From Alphaproteobacteria bacterium (GTDB lineage Bacteria; Pseudomonadota; Alphaproteobacteria; SMXQ01): a DNA stretch of 64,000 nt. The DNA lies in assembly GCA_033720855.1 (NCBI GenBank), contig JAWWBR010000003.1:3614-67613 (forward strand), read 5' to 3'. The stretch's first letter is position 1. Every line of letters begins with the position of its first letter. Below are positions 29,809 through 41,422 of the stretch, piece after piece. The notes beneath the pieces are model-generated. The model made no database searches and had not been told where the DNA came from. It saw nothing but the letters and a program-made list of their open reading frames with translations. Both the position numbers and the translations under genes were made by a program.

Positions 29809-30539
29809 ACGCTCCCCCGGGACGTCTGGAAGGGCGCATAGCGCTGATCACCGGGGCATCGCGCGGCATCGGCGCGGCGGTCGCCAAGACTTTTGCCGCG
29901 GAAGGCGCCCACGTCATCCTCGTCGGCCGGACCCAAGGCGGGCTCGAGGACGTGGACGACGCCATCCGCGCCGCGGGCGGATCCGCCACCCTTTTTCCCG
30001 CCGATCTCACCGATTTCGACCTTATCGACCGCATGGCGCTGGCCGTCCACGAACGCTTCGCCCGCCTCGACATTCTGGTCGGGAATGCCGGAATCCTCGG
30101 CTCTCTCACGCCTATGCACCATATCGAGCCATCCCAGTGGGACCAGGTGATGGCCGTCAACCTCACCGCCAATTGGCGCCTCATCCGGGCATTCGATCCG
30201 CTGCTGCGGCTCTCGACCGCGGGGCGGGCGGTGTTCGTCACCTCCGGGGCGGGGGACGGGCGCCACCCCTATTGGGGCGCCTATGCGGTCAGCAAGGGGG
30301 CTCTCGAGATCATGGCCAAGACCTGGGCAGCGGAACTCGAGAACACGGACATCCGGGTCAATCTGATCAATCCCGGGGGAACCCGCACCGCCATGCGTGC
30401 CGAGGCCTTTCCCGGAGAGGATCCCGATACCTTGCCGAGCGCCGAAGAGATCGCGCAGGCATTCGTTCCCCTGGTCGAAGAGAGCTGCACCCGCAACGGG
30501 GACGTCATCAATGCGCGCGAGGTTCTCGCCGTTCGTTAG
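29805..30539 (+). CDS. short-chain dehydrogenase/reductase (SDR)
   Basis: ALITGASRGIGAAVA...YAVSKGA. Confidence 0.7.
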   Translation: MNAPPGRLEGRIALITGASRGIGAAVAKTFAAEGAHVILVGRTQGGLEDVDDAIRAAGGSATLFPADLTDFDLIDRMALAVHERFARLDILVGNAGILGSLTPMHHIEPSQWDQVMAVNLTANWRLIRAFDPLLRLSTAGRAVFVTSGAGDGRHPYWGAYAVSKGALEIMAKTWAAELENTDIRVNLINPGGTRTAMRAEAFPGEDPDTLPSAEEIAQAFVPLVEESCTRNGDVINAREVLAVR

Positions 30540-30548
30540 CGGACCGCT

Positions 30549-31928
30549 TTAGCCGCCCGACGCATAGGGGTTTTTTCCGCCGCGAGGGATCAGGCGGAGT
30601 GGCACACCCTCAAGCCCGAAGGAGTCTCTTAGGCCGTTTTCGAGATAGCGCAGATAGCCGGCGGGGACCATTTTCGGCCGGCTCGCGAACAGGACGAATG
30701 TCGGTGGCCTGGCCTTGGCCTGGGTGATGTAACGGAGGCGCACGCGCCGCCCGCTTACGGCCGGCGGCGGGTGACGCTGGACGAGTTCCTCCAGCCACCG
30801 GTTGAGAGTCCCCGTGGCGATCCGCCGGTTCCAGGTGTCGTAGGTCCGGAAAACGGCAGACATCAACCGGTCCAGGTTCCGTCCGGTCAACGCCGAAACG
30901 GTGACGGTGGCGACCCCCTTGATTTGCGGCAGTGATGTCTCCAGCCGGTCACGCAATTTGCCGAGGGCCCGGTCGGGGTCGGCGACGAGGTCCCATTTGT
31001 TGGCCGCGATCACCAGGGCCCGGCCTTCCTCGACCACTTGCCGCGCGATGGCGAGGTCCTGACGTTCCAACATCACCGTCGCATCGATGACCAGGACCAC
31101 CACTTCGGCGAGACGGATCGCGCGTTCGGTCTCGGCGACCGAAAGCCGTTCCAGCCTGGCCGTGACATGGGCGCGCCGGCGCAACCCCGCGGTGTCCACC
31201 AGGCGGACCGGACGCCCATCGTAATCCCAGTCCACGGGCACGGCATCGCGCGTGATGCCGGGCTCGGGCCCCGTCACCATCCGTTCGGCCCCGATCAAGC
31301 CGTTGACCAGGGTCGATTTGCCGACATTGGGCCGCCCGACTATGGCCAACCGCAGGGGGCCCGTTTCGCTTTCTTCCTGCTCCCATTCGCCGATAGGACC
31401 TTCGCCTTGCACCTCTTCGCCGGGCTCTTCGAACGGCTGGAGCGCCTCACCCAGAGCCTCGGCGAGCCCTTCCATACCGCTCCCGTGTTCCGCCGAAACC
31501 ATCAGCGGATCACCCAGGCCCAGGGCGAACCCCTCAAAGGCGCCCGACCTTGCCTCGGATGACTCGCATTTGTTGGCGATGAGGATGACCGGTGTTCCGG
31601 TTTCCCTGAGCCAATCCGCGAAATGCCGGTCGAGAGGGGTGATGCCGGCGCGCGCGTCGAACACCAAGAGTGCGACATCGGCCTGTTCCAGCGCGCCTTC
31701 CGCCTGCTGCCGCATGGCGGCCTCCACCGTGCCGGCACGCGCCTCTTCCAGGCCCGGCGTATCGAGGAGTCGGAACTCAAGATGTCCGAGGCGGCCGGTA
31801 CCTTCCTGCCAGTCCCGGGTGACGCCCGGACTTGGCTCGACGATCGCCAAACGTTTGCCCACCAGGCGATTAAACAGGGTGGACTTGCCCACATTGGGAC
31901 GACCGATAATCGCCACCGTCGCGGCCAT
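30549..31928 (-). CDS. der: ribosome-associated GTPase Der (EngA)
   Basis: Two GTPase domains ([10 protein letters not shown] twice) and a KH-like C-domain. Confidence 0.9.
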   Translation of the reverse strand: MAATVAIIGRPNVGKSTLFNRLVGKRLAIVEPSPGVTRDWQEGTGRLGHLEFRLLDTPGLEEARAGTVEAAMRQQAEGALEQADVALLVFDARAGITPLDRHFADWLRETGTPVILIANKCESSEARSGAFEGFALGLGDPLMVSAEHGSGMEGLAEALGEALQPFEEPGEEVQGEGPIGEWEQEESETGPLRLAIVGRPNVGKSTLVNGLIGAERMVTGPEPGITRDAVPVDWDYDGRPVRLVDTAGLRRRAHVTARLERLSVAETERAIRLAEVVVLVIDATVMLERQDLAIARQVVEEGRALVIAANKWDLVADPDRALGKLRDRLETSLPQIKGVATVTVSALTGRNLDRLMSAVFRTYDTWNRRIATGTLNRWLEELVQRHPPPAVSGRRVRLRYITQAKARPPTFVLFASRPKMVPAGYLRYLENGLRDSFGLEGVPLRLIPRGGKNPYASGG

Positions 31929-31931
31929 GGG

Positions 31932-33260
31932 TCAACGCCAGGCGATCAGGTCGGAGTCGCGGGTCAGCAGGTAAAGGGTGTCGCGGGCAACGATCGGAGC
32001 GACTTCGACGCCATCGTCGACCTTGATCTGCCCCAGCAGGTCGCCGGTGTAGGGCGAGACGGCGAGCACGGTTTTATTGGTCCCGGCAAGGATCAAGCGG
32101 TCCCCAGCCAATACCGGGCCAGACCATGTGATCCAGTCCCGCCGCGCTTTTTCGTCCTCGTAGCGACGGAGGGACCGGCCCCATACGATACGGCCGTCTC
32201 GACGGCTCACGCATAGGAGAACGTTATCATTGCTGACCAGATAGATGAAATCTCCGGCCACCCATGGGGTCTCGGTGGCGCCGATCGCCTGCTGCCAGAC
32301 TCTCGTCCCCGAGGCAAGGGATAGGGCAACCATGACGCCGGCGTTGCTGACGGCGATAACCCGCCCCCTGTCAATGACCGGAGAGGCACGAATATCGGCA
32401 ATGGTACTGATGCCACTGGTCCGTCGGCGCTGGGAAAGAAAGTCCGACCAAGATTCACGGCCGTTATCGGCCCTCAAGCCGAACAATTCCCCCGAGGAAT
32501 AGGCGACCACCAGCGTCCCGCTCTCATAGGCGGGGGAGGCGCTTCCCAAAAGCGCAGCCTGTTCAACCGCACCGCGATGGGTCCAAAGCGGATTTCCCGT
32601 CTCGGCCTCGAGGGCATGGGTTCTGTTGTCGGTGGAAACGGCGAAGACCCGCCCGTCGGCGACGGTGGGCGCCGACCGAACCGGCGCCGAAACCTGCCGG
32701 CGCCAGAGAACCCGCCCGTCCCCTGCGTCCAATGCCAACACCTGGGCAAACCCGGTGGTCACGTACACGCGGCCGCCGAAAGCGGCCAGTCCCCCGCCCA
32801 AGGTCCCGTCCTGCTCCTCCCTCGGCCTCAGATCTCGCGCCCATAGCCGCCTGCCGCTCGCCGCATCGAACACATAGATACGGGCCAGGGCGTCGAGAAC
32901 GAACAAGCGCCCCGCCTCGTCGATCACCGGTTGCGCCAGCAGACGCCGGTAGTCGGTCGAACCGCGGCCGGCACTGACCCTGAACGCCTGCCTGGGCGCC
33001 GGGGCCAATGACACGTGGTACACGGCATGGGTGGCAGATCCGGCCAGCTGCGGCCAGGCGGCATTGGCAACGGGCGGGGCGATGGCAATTTCCCGCGTCG
33101 CCGCCTCATTGTCGACCCTGAGGTTCGATCCTTGCACCATTACCGCCAAACGTTCACCGCGGAGAGGCGGGTCTTTCGCCTGGCCAAACGTGCAGGCACC
33201 GAGCGACACGGCGGCGAGCACCGGACAAACGACCGACAGACGCAGGGAACGGTGCCGCAT
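31932..33260 (-). CDS. bamB: outer-membrane assembly lipoprotein BamB (PQQ-repeat beta-propeller)
   Basis: Lipoprotein signal (LGAC), repeated VxxG..DG.vyAld PQQ-like blades; conserved yfgM-bamB-der order. Confidence 0.75.
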   Translation of the reverse strand: MRHRSLRLSVVCPVLAAVSLGACTFGQAKDPPLRGERLAVMVQGSNLRVDNEAATREIAIAPPVANAAWPQLAGSATHAVYHVSLAPAPRQAFRVSAGRGSTDYRRLLAQPVIDEAGRLFVLDALARIYVFDAASGRRLWARDLRPREEQDGTLGGGLAAFGGRVYVTTGFAQVLALDAGDGRVLWRRQVSAPVRSAPTVADGRVFAVSTDNRTHALEAETGNPLWTHRGAVEQAALLGSASPAYESGTLVVAYSSGELFGLRADNGRESWSDFLSQRRRTSGISTIADIRASPVIDRGRVIAVSNAGVMVALSLASGTRVWQQAIGATETPWVAGDFIYLVSNDNVLLCVSRRDGRIVWGRSLRRYEDEKARRDWITWSGPVLAGDRLILAGTNKTVLAVSPYTGDLLGQIKVDDGVEVAPIVARDTLYLLTRDSDLIAWR

Positions 33261-33274
33261 TGCCGACTCCCGAC

Positions 33275-33925
33275 CTAGGTCCCTAGGACCGCGAGATATT
33301 CCGCCGCCCGCACCCGCAGCTTGGGAGGCGCAGTCTCGTCATCGGCAAGTTTTTGGTAGATAGCCTTGGCTGCGGCAACATCGCCCCGCCGGCGATGCAG
33401 CAACGCCGTGATTTCAAGCGCGGAAAAGCGCCATGGGTTGCCCGCCTCGGTAAGGGGTTTGACGCGTTCGGCAAGGGCCTTGGGATCCGCGCGGTCGGCG
33501 GCATTAAGGGCGTAGAGCAAAAGCGCGAGATTGCGAAACAAGGGGTCGACGCCGTCGTCTTTGGCAAGGGCATCGTAGACTTCCGCAGCAGCGGCCTCGT
33601 TGCCCTGGCGCGCCAACACAGCCGCCTCCTGGAAACGCGCGAGATCGCTGTAGCCTGCGGCGCCTTCCCGGCCCAGGGCCTTAAACGCGGCCAGGGCTTC
33701 CTGGGTCTTGCCGGCGGTAACGAGCTCGATGGCGCTGACGTAGCGCAAACCGGCCTCGATGCGCTGGTTCGCCTGATACTGCCGCCATCCGACACTCCCC
33801 GCGACGACAATCAAGACCAAAAGTGCGGCGCCGACGACGAGCCTGCCATACTTCCGCCAGAGCTCCTGGTAGCGTTCGCGTTTTAGTTCCTCGTCGACTT
33901 CTTCAATAAAATTGTCCATGGGCAC
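33275..33925 (-). CDS. TPR-like membrane-anchored protein, YfgM family
   Basis: N-terminal TM helix plus TPR-like periplasmic domain; position upstream of bamB-der. Confidence 0.6.
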   Translation of the reverse strand: MPMDNFIEEVDEELKRERYQELWRKYGRLVVGAALLVLIVVAGSVGWRQYQANQRIEAGLRYVSAIELVTAGKTQEALAAFKALGREGAAGYSDLARFQEAAVLARQGNEAAAAEVYDALAKDDGVDPLFRNLALLLYALNAADRADPKALAERVKPLTEAGNPWRFSALEITALLHRRRGDVAAAKAIYQKLADDETAPPKLRVRAAEYLAVLGT

Positions 33926-34156
33926 GCTTGCCTCGCTTTTTGCGGCGCTACCATACCCGCCCCACCCGGCGCATGCAATCGGGCCGAAGCGCCCTCGCCG
34001 GACGCCAGATCCCGGTCGAAAAGCGAGCCTTGCGAGTGACGGCGCACGGTTCTCTTGAAGGGGACATCTGACCCAGAAAAGGCGGCCTGCCCCGGAGAGC
34101 GAGAACGATAGGAGGCACCGGTCCCGCCACCGCCGCGGCCCGGCGCCTCTTGGGCG

Positions 34157-34477
34157 TTATCCGGTACGTTGGATCAAGTGATAGCCGAAATCGGTCTCGA
34201 TCACGCCTGAGGTTTGGCCGATCTCCAAAGAGAACGCCGCATCCTCGAATGGGCCGACCATCTGGCCCCGGCCGAAGGTGCCGAGGTCGCCGCCACGCTG
34301 CCCCGACGGGCAATCGGAATGTTCCGCCGCCAGTCGCTCGAAATCCCCGCCTTCGGCGAGTTCGCTGGCCAATGCCTCGATTTCGGCCAACGCCTCTTCC
34401 TTGCTGCGGGTCGCGGTCGAGCGCGCCGATCCCTCATACATGAGAAGGATATGGGATGCTTGAACTTGGTCGGTCAT
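34157..34477 (-). CDS. parvulin-type peptidyl-prolyl cis-trans isomerase (PpiC)
   Basis: ASHILL...LA...SDCPS...GGDLG.F.RGQMV.PFE.AAF.L......VIETDFGYHLI is the canonical ~100-aa parvulin. Confidence 0.7.
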   Translation of the reverse strand: MTDQVQASHILLMYEGSARSTATRSKEEALAEIEALASELAEGGDFERLAAEHSDCPSGQRGGDLGTFGRGQMVGPFEDAAFSLEIGQTSGVIETDFGYHLIQRTG

Positions 34478-34512
34478 GGTCTCGTCCCTTTCTGGGGCCT
34501 AGGCAACAGAAC

Positions 34513-36069
34513 CTATTCCCATTCGATGGTTCCGGGGGGCTTGGAGGTTACGTCATAGACAACCCGATTGACACCCCGCACTTCATTGATGATCCGATTG
34601 GCGACGCGGCCAAGGAAATCGTGGTCAAAGGGGTAATAGTCGGCCGTCATGCCATCGGTGGACGTCACCGCACGCAACGCCAACGCAAATTCATAAGACC
34701 GTTCGTCGCCCATCACACCGACGGTACGCACCGGCAGCAGCACGGCGAACGCCTGCCAAATAGCGTCGTAAAGCCCGGCGGCGCGGATCTCCGCCAGGTA
34801 AATGGAATCCGCCTTGCGCAAAACATCGAGTTTGTCGGCGGTGATCTCACCGGGAACGCGGATGGCGAGTCCCGGCCCCGGGAAGGGATGGCGGCCGACC
34901 ATGGTCTCTGGCAGTCCGAGTTCACGGCCCAGCGCCCGCACCTCGTCCTTGAACAATTCGCGCAAGGGCTCCACCAGGTCCAAGGCCATCCGCTCCGGCA
35001 ACCCCCCAACATTATGGTGTGACTTGATGGTGGCACTAGGCCCGCCGGACACGGAAACAGATTCGATGACGTCGGGATACAAGGTCCCTTGGGCCAGGAA
35101 ATCCGCGCCACCGGCGTTCCTCGCCTCCTCCTCGAAGACATCGATGAAAGTACCGCCGATGACCTTGCGCTTGGTCTCGGGATCGGTCACGCCGGCAAGC
35201 TTCGAAAGAAAAAGATCGGCGGCATCCTTATGAATCAGGGGAATGTTGTAGTTGTCCCGGAACACCGAGACGACGTCCTCCGCCTCGCCTTCGCGCAAGA
35301 GCCCGGTATCGACGAAGACACAGACGATCTGGTCGCCAATGGCCTCATGAATCAACACCGCCGCCACCGAGGAATCGACCCCGCCGGACACGCCGCATAT
35401 CACCCGTCCATCGCCCACCTGTTCGCGAATCGCCGCAACCGAGCGGGTGCGGAACGCGCTCATTGTCCAGTCGCCTTTCAAGCCGGCAATGCGGAAAAGG
35501 AAGTTTGCTATCAGTTTTGCGCCGTCGGGGGTATGGACCACTTCCGGGTGAAACTGCAGCCCGTAAAACTTGCGCTTGACGTCTGCGATGGCGGCGAACG
35601 GCGCGCCGTCGGTCCGGGCGATGACCTCAAAGCCCTTCGGAATGTCGATTACCCGGTCGCCGTGACTCATCCAAACCTGTTCGCGGCCGCCTTCGGCCCA
35701 TACCCCCTCGAAAAGGGGCGGCGACGATACAACCTCGATGAAAGCCCGCCCGAACTCCCTGTGTTCGGCGTTTTCGACCCGTCCTCCAAGCTGGTCGACC
35801 ATGGTTTGCTGGCCATAGCAGATACCCAGGACGGGCACCCCCAAGGAGAACACCTCGCGCGGCGCGCTGGGCGCCGCGCCAGCGGTAACCGAAGCCGGAC
35901 CGCCCGAGAGGATGATGGCCGCAGGCCGAAGCGCGGCAATCGCCCGTTCGGCGTCATTGAATGGCGCAATCTCGCAATAGACGCCGGCTTCCCGCACGCG
36001 TCTTGCGATAAGCTGGGTTACCTGGGAGCCGAAATCCAAGATCAAAACCGACTGGCGGGACTCGGTCAT
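34513..36069 (-). CDS. guaA: GMP synthase (glutamine-hydrolysing)
   Basis: [31 protein letters not shown]. The ATG at 36069 was verified; the track ORF extends 33 codons upstream. Confidence 0.9.
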   Translation of the reverse strand: MTESRQSVLILDFGSQVTQLIARRVREAGVYCEIAPFNDAERAIAALRPAAIILSGGPASVTAGAAPSAPREVFSLGVPVLGICYGQQTMVDQLGGRVENAEHREFGRAFIEVVSSPPLFEGVWAEGGREQVWMSHGDRVIDIPKGFEVIARTDGAPFAAIADVKRKFYGLQFHPEVVHTPDGAKLIANFLFRIAGLKGDWTMSAFRTRSVAAIREQVGDGRVICGVSGGVDSSVAAVLIHEAIGDQIVCVFVDTGLLREGEAEDVVSVFRDNYNIPLIHKDAADLFLSKLAGVTDPETKRKVIGGTFIDVFEEEARNAGGADFLAQGTLYPDVIESVSVSGGPSATIKSHHNVGGLPERMALDLVEPLRELFKDEVRALGRELGLPETMVGRHPFPGPGLAIRVPGEITADKLDVLRKADSIYLAEIRAAGLYDAIWQAFAVLLPVRTVGVMGDERSYEFALALRAVTSTDGMTADYYPFDHDFLGRVANRIINEVRGVNRVVYDVTSKPPGTIEWE

Positions 36070-36076
36070 CAGGCGT

Positions 36077-37582
<1,506 letters not shown>

Positions 37583-37708
37583 CTATCATACACATAAGCA
37601 TGCCCTTGCCAAGCGGATTGAACCTTGGACGAGAAGGGCCCTTTTTTGTGGCTGAAAAACGACGAGAAATGCCCATATTAGGGGTGTCATGACAAAGGGG
37701 GAGCCGTA

Positions 37709-38164
37709 ATGCGCGCAGTCAAACCCACGACTTGGATCGTCATCTGTGACGGGGCCCGAGGGCGTGTCCTCGTCAATCGGGGTAAGGGGACGGGGCTGAA
37801 TGAGATTTCCAATTCCGAGGACGAGGATGCCCGTACGCCAACGCGCGACCTCGGTGCGGATCGGCCCGGGCGGACATACGATTCGGGCGGCCGGGGACGA
37901 CACGCCATGGTGCCGCCGGTCGACTGGCACCGGTTCGAGAAGGAGCAGTTCGCCAAGAGCATGGCCGAGATCGTCAATTCTGCAGCCCTTGAAAATCGGT
38001 TCGACCGTGTCGTTCTCGTCGCCCCGCCGCGGGTCTTGGGCGATTTGCGCCAAGCGCTGAAACCCCAGGTGAAGGAAAAGCTTGCCGGCGAAATCGGCAA
38101 GGACCTGACGCAGGTCGCGGTTCACGACCTGGGCGAACATCTCGGCGATCTGGTCAGGCTTTAG
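37709..38164 (+). CDS. host-attachment-protein family (Hap, Pfam Host_attach-like; proposed eRF1-like fold)
   Basis: ~150 aa; N-terminal KPTTWIVICDGARGRVLVNRG resembles alphaproteobacterial Hap proteins; good RBS AAGGGGGA. Confidence 0.5.
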   Translation: MRAVKPTTWIVICDGARGRVLVNRGKGTGLNEISNSEDEDARTPTRDLGADRPGRTYDSGGRGRHAMVPPVDWHRFEKEQFAKSMAEIVNSAALENRFDRVVLVAPPRVLGDLRQALKPQVKEKLAGEIGKDLTQVAVHDLGEHLGDLVRL

Positions 38165-38907
38165 GCCGCGGGGTGGGAATCCTCACGGCCGCGAAATCCC
38201 ATTGCAACGACATAGATCTCGGCGGACTCCTTGCGGCTGGCGGGCGGTTTGACGTGCCGGACCGAGCGGAAATCGCGTTTCAGGGCAACAAGAAGATCCT
38301 TTTCCGTCCCTCCCCGCAGAACCTTGCCGATGAAGGCGCCCCCTGGTTTCAGGATTTCCCGCGCAAAGGCATAGGCCGCCTCCAATAATCCCATGATCCT
38401 GAGGTGATCGGTGCCCGCATGGCCCGTCGCCGGCGCCGCCATGTCGCTCAATACGACATCCGCTGTGCCGGCCACGACATCCCTTATGCGATCGGCAGCG
38501 TCGGCGCACAGGAAATCCATCGTCAGATTGGCGACGCCGGCCACGGCATCCATTTCCGACAGATCGACGGCGAAGACGCGACCACCGCCGGGGCGGCCGG
38601 CCTTGACGCGGTCAGCCGCGACCTGTGACCAGCCGCCGGGTGCCGCCCCAAGATCAACCACCACCCCGCCCGGCTTCAGAAACTGGAATCGGTCGTCCAG
38701 TTCGATCAGCTTGAAGGCCGCTCTGGAGCGATATCCCCGTCTCTGGGCCGCGGCGACATAGGGGTCGCGCAGTTGCCGGGTGAGCCACCGGGTCGAAGAT
38801 ATGCGGCGGCCCTTGGCTGAACGCAGTCTTTTCGATCGGCCATCTGCGCCGCCCCTGCCCGAGGGCCGCTTCTTTCCCCCAGGCCTGGTGCCACTGGTTC
38901 GGGGCAT
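38161..38907 (-). CDS. rlmE: 23S rRNA (uridine2552-2'-O)-methyltransferase RlmE/FtsJ
   Basis: SRAAFKLIELDDRF...VVDLGAAPGGWSQV. Confidence 0.85.
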   Translation of the reverse strand: MPRTSGTRPGGKKRPSGRGGADGRSKRLRSAKGRRISSTRWLTRQLRDPYVAAAQRRGYRSRAAFKLIELDDRFQFLKPGGVVVDLGAAPGGWSQVAADRVKAGRPGGGRVFAVDLSEMDAVAGVANLTMDFLCADAADRIRDVVAGTADVVLSDMAAPATGHAGTDHLRIMGLLEAAYAFAREILKPGGAFIGKVLRGGTEKDLLVALKRDFRSVRHVKPPASRKESAEIYVVAMGFRGREDSHPAA

Positions 38908-38910
38908 CTG

Positions 38911-39885
38911 CTAGGCTCCGTCCACGCCCGGCCGCGCCTCGAGCTCCATCAGGCCAAGCAGTATCCCTTCGCGCACGCCGCGATCTGCGACCCTAAGCCG
39001 GCCCACGCGCCAGGTTCGACAGATCGCCTCGAGAATGGCACAGCCGGAAACGACGAGGTCGGCGCGGGCGACGCCGACGCACGGCTCCTCGCTGCGCCCT
39101 TGGCAATCAAGCTGCATCAGGTGCCGCGTGACGGCAGCGACATCGCCGAATTCCAAGAACGACCCGTCCACCACGGAACGGTCGTAGACCGGGAGACCAA
39201 GGTGAATCCCCGCCAGGGTGGTTACCGTCCCCGAGGTCCCGAGCATCTGGACCTCTCCTTTCTCTATGTGACCAGCGATGTCATTGCGCCTCTCGAAAGC
39301 CATGAATTCCGCGGCGATCACGCGCACGATGGTTTCGAACTGGTCCTCGTTGATCTCGCCGCCGCCTTGGATTTCCGAGAGATTGACCACGCCTATGGGA
39401 AGCGACAGAGTCTCTATGACGGCAACACTGCCGTCACCTGGCGTCTCCACCCACATGATTTCGGTCGATCCGCCCCCGATATCGAAGACGATGCCGTAGC
39501 GGTATCCTTCCACCAACAATGGCACGCATCCCGAAAGCGCGAGACGGGCTTCCTCTTCGGTGGTGATGATTTCGAGCTGGATGCCGGTTTGCCTGTCGAT
39601 GCGGTCGAGAAACTCCTTGCAATTGGCGGCCCTGCGGCAGGCCTCGGTGGCAACGCTCCGCGCCTTGATCACGTTTTTGCGCGCCATTTTTGAGGCGCAA
39701 ACCCTGAGCGCGCTGATGGTGCGATTCATGGCCGCCTCGCCGAGGCGGCCGGTCCTCTCCAATCCCTCTCCCAGGCGGACGATGCGGGAAAACGCATCGA
39801 CCACGCGAAATCCCGGTTCCTCGCGTTCCGCCACCAAAAGGCGGCAATTGTTGGTTCCGAGATCAAGAGCCGCGAAAGCGGGCAT
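38911..39885 (-). CDS. ppx: Ppx/GppA-family exopolyphosphatase / pppGpp phosphohydrolase
   Basis: ALDLGTNNCRLLVAE and IFDIGGGSTEI actin-like ATPase motifs. The track ORF to 40233 runs across the tRNA-Gln and must be truncated; the real start is the ATG at 39885 or 39987. Confidence 0.75.
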   Translation of the reverse strand: MPAFAALDLGTNNCRLLVAEREEPGFRVVDAFSRIVRLGEGLERTGRLGEAAMNRTISALRVCASKMARKNVIKARSVATEACRRAANCKEFLDRIDRQTGIQLEIITTEEEARLALSGCVPLLVEGYRYGIVFDIGGGSTEIMWVETPGDGSVAVIETLSLPIGVVNLSEIQGGGEINEDQFETIVRVIAAEFMAFERRNDIAGHIEKGEVQMLGTSGTVTTLAGIHLGLPVYDRSVVDGSFLEFGDVAAVTRHLMQLDCQGRSEEPCVGVARADLVVSGCAILEAICRTWRVGRLRVADRGVREGILLGLMELEARPGVDGA

Positions 39886-40151
39886 CGCCCCGCGTTTGGC
39901 GCGGTGGCTTGGCCGTTGCGGATGGTGCCTACCCTGCGCCAGTTGCTGCCGAGGCCGGCCGAGCGCTTTGGATTGATCGGTCTTCATGACAAAGATGTTA
40001 CTGAAACTTGGCGCTTCGGCGAAGCGGTAAGTCATCTCCCGAGCCGGAACCCCGTCCATGCCGATAGGCATGCGAAGCTTGCTCTTGCAACGGATCCTTA
40101 GGAAAAATATGTTACAAAGCTGATTGCGGGCGCGCCCCGCACCACCCCGGG

Positions 40152-40225
40152 TGGGGGATAGTTTAACGGTAGAACGAGCGGCTCTGACCCGCTTAGTCCT
40201 GGTTCGAATCCAGGTCCCCCAGCCA
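40152..40225 (+). tRNA. tRNA-Gln (anticodon CUG)
   Basis: Hand-folded cloverleaf: 7-bp acceptor stem UGGGGGA/UCCCCCA with U1-A72, G73 discriminator and encoded CCA. T-arm CCUGG-UUCGAAU-CCAGG; anticodon loop CUCUGAC. Confidence 0.8.
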
Positions 40226-40271
40226 ACTTTCATTTAGGCAAACACATTGCGGCTTGCGGCGGGTCGGCCAT

Positions 40272-40308
40272 AAAAAAAGAACCGTAGCGAGCTACGGTTC
40301 CTTTTTTT
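40272..40308. terminator. bidirectional rho-independent terminator between tRNA-Gln (+) and the cox operon (-)
   Basis: AAAAAAA-GAACCGTAGC-GA-GCTACGGTTC-CTTTTTTTG: perfect 10-bp GC-rich stem flanked by an A-run and a T-run. Confidence 0.6.
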
Positions 40309-40341
40309 GTGGAAGCACGAGAATCGTGAGACGGCCGCGGG

Positions 40342-40671
40342 TCAGGGCGCGAAGAAAATGGTCCGCGTCAGGAACGTGTAACCCGATTCCGAGGTCATCA
40401 GCGCGGTGAACAAAAGCACCGCGGCGGGCGGCGCAAGGATGGCGTAAATCAATGCCAGGCGCTCCCACATCATGTGCATGAAGACGGCGACGATCAGCCC
40501 CGCCTTGGCCACCATGAAAATGAGGATAAGGGTCCAACGCAGCATGCCCTGGACGTGGAAATAGTCGACCATGTACGACGCCGTGCTGAGGACGAACAGC
40601 CATCCCCAGATCTTGAAATAAACGCCAAGCGGATGTTGCTGGCCCTCAACGTGTTCGCTTTCCTGTGCCAT
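40342..40671 (-). CDS. heme-copper oxidase subunit IV (prokaryotic COX4/CyoD-like, 3 TM)
   Basis: 109 aa, three hydrophobic helices, last gene of the oxidase operon. Confidence 0.6.
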   Translation of the reverse strand: MAQESEHVEGQQHPLGVYFKIWGWLFVLSTASYMVDYFHVQGMLRWTLILIFMVAKAGLIVAVFMHMMWERLALIYAILAPPAAVLLFTALMTSESGYTFLTRTIFFAP

Positions 40672-40680
40672 GTGATCGTC

Positions 40681-41406
40681 CTACCAAAGATAGAAAAACG
40701 CGAAGATGAAGACCCAGACCAAATCGACGAAATGCCAATACAGGCCCATGGTCTCGACGTGTTCGTAGCTGCCCCTACGGCTGGTGAAGAAACCCTTTTC
40801 GCCGCGATCGTATTCGCCCCTTATGACCTTGCGCGCCACGATCAGCAGAAACACCACGCCGACCGAAACGTGGAACCCGTGGAACCCCGTGATCATGAAG
40901 AAGGTCGAACCGAATTGTGCCGCCCCCATCGGGTTGCCCCAAGGGCGCACGCCTTCGTCGACGATCAATTTGGTCCACTCAAAGGCCTGCATGCCCACGA
41001 ACGTGGCCCCGAACAGGGCCGTAACGACCAGGAGAACCGCCGTCTTGGTCCGGTCCTTTCGGTATCCGTAATTGACGGCCAAGGCCATCGTGCCACTGCT
41101 GGTAATGAGGATGAAGGTCATGATGGCGATCAGGATCAGCGGTATCGGATCGCCCCCGAAGCTCAACGCAAAGACTTCGCTCGGGTTGGGCCAGGGCACC
41201 GTCGTCGACATCCGCACCGTCATATAGGACAGCAGGAAGCAACTGAAAATGAATGTGTCCGATAGGAGGAAGATCCACATCATGGCCTTGCCCCAGGGGA
41301 CGCCCTTGAACGTCCTCTGATCCGAAGACCAATCGGCTACGAACCCTTCTAGGCCGGAGGGCCGGGGCTGGGGAGTTCCCGAATCTGTCACAGTGGCTTC
41401 AGACAT
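40681..41406 (-). CDS. heme-copper oxidase subunit III paralogue (CoxP-like)
   Basis: Subunit-III fold with conserved HGFHV and YWHFVD motifs. The ATG at 41406 was verified with a GAGGAC RBS; the track ORF is overextended to 41490. Confidence 0.75.
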   Translation of the reverse strand: MSEATVTDSGTPQPRPSGLEGFVADWSSDQRTFKGVPWGKAMMWIFLLSDTFIFSCFLLSYMTVRMSTTVPWPNPSEVFALSFGGDPIPLILIAIMTFILITSSGTMALAVNYGYRKDRTKTAVLLVVTALFGATFVGMQAFEWTKLIVDEGVRPWGNPMGAAQFGSTFFMITGFHGFHVSVGVVFLLIVARKVIRGEYDRGEKGFFTSRRGSYEHVETMGLYWHFVDLVWVFIFAFFYLW

Positions 41407-41422
41407 TTGTTTTTTGTCCTCG

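Noticed and set aside
29453-30727. 262-aa (-) and 311-aa (+) ORFs around the purF end and the SDR gene
   Set aside because: Antisense or out-of-frame overlaps with purF and the SDR; Arg/Pro-rich artefacts.
33948-34313. 121-aa minus-strand ORF between yfgM and the parvulin gene
   Set aside because: Arg/Pro-rich, overlaps the parvulin gene 3' end, no motif. The 231-bp spacer was also checked for a tRNA and none was found (no T-loop GTTCGAATC).
39886-40233. 5' extension of the ppx track ORF
   Set aside because: It runs antisense across the tRNA-Gln gene and its promoter. The Ppx actin-like fold begins at ALDLGTNN just after the ATG at 39885.
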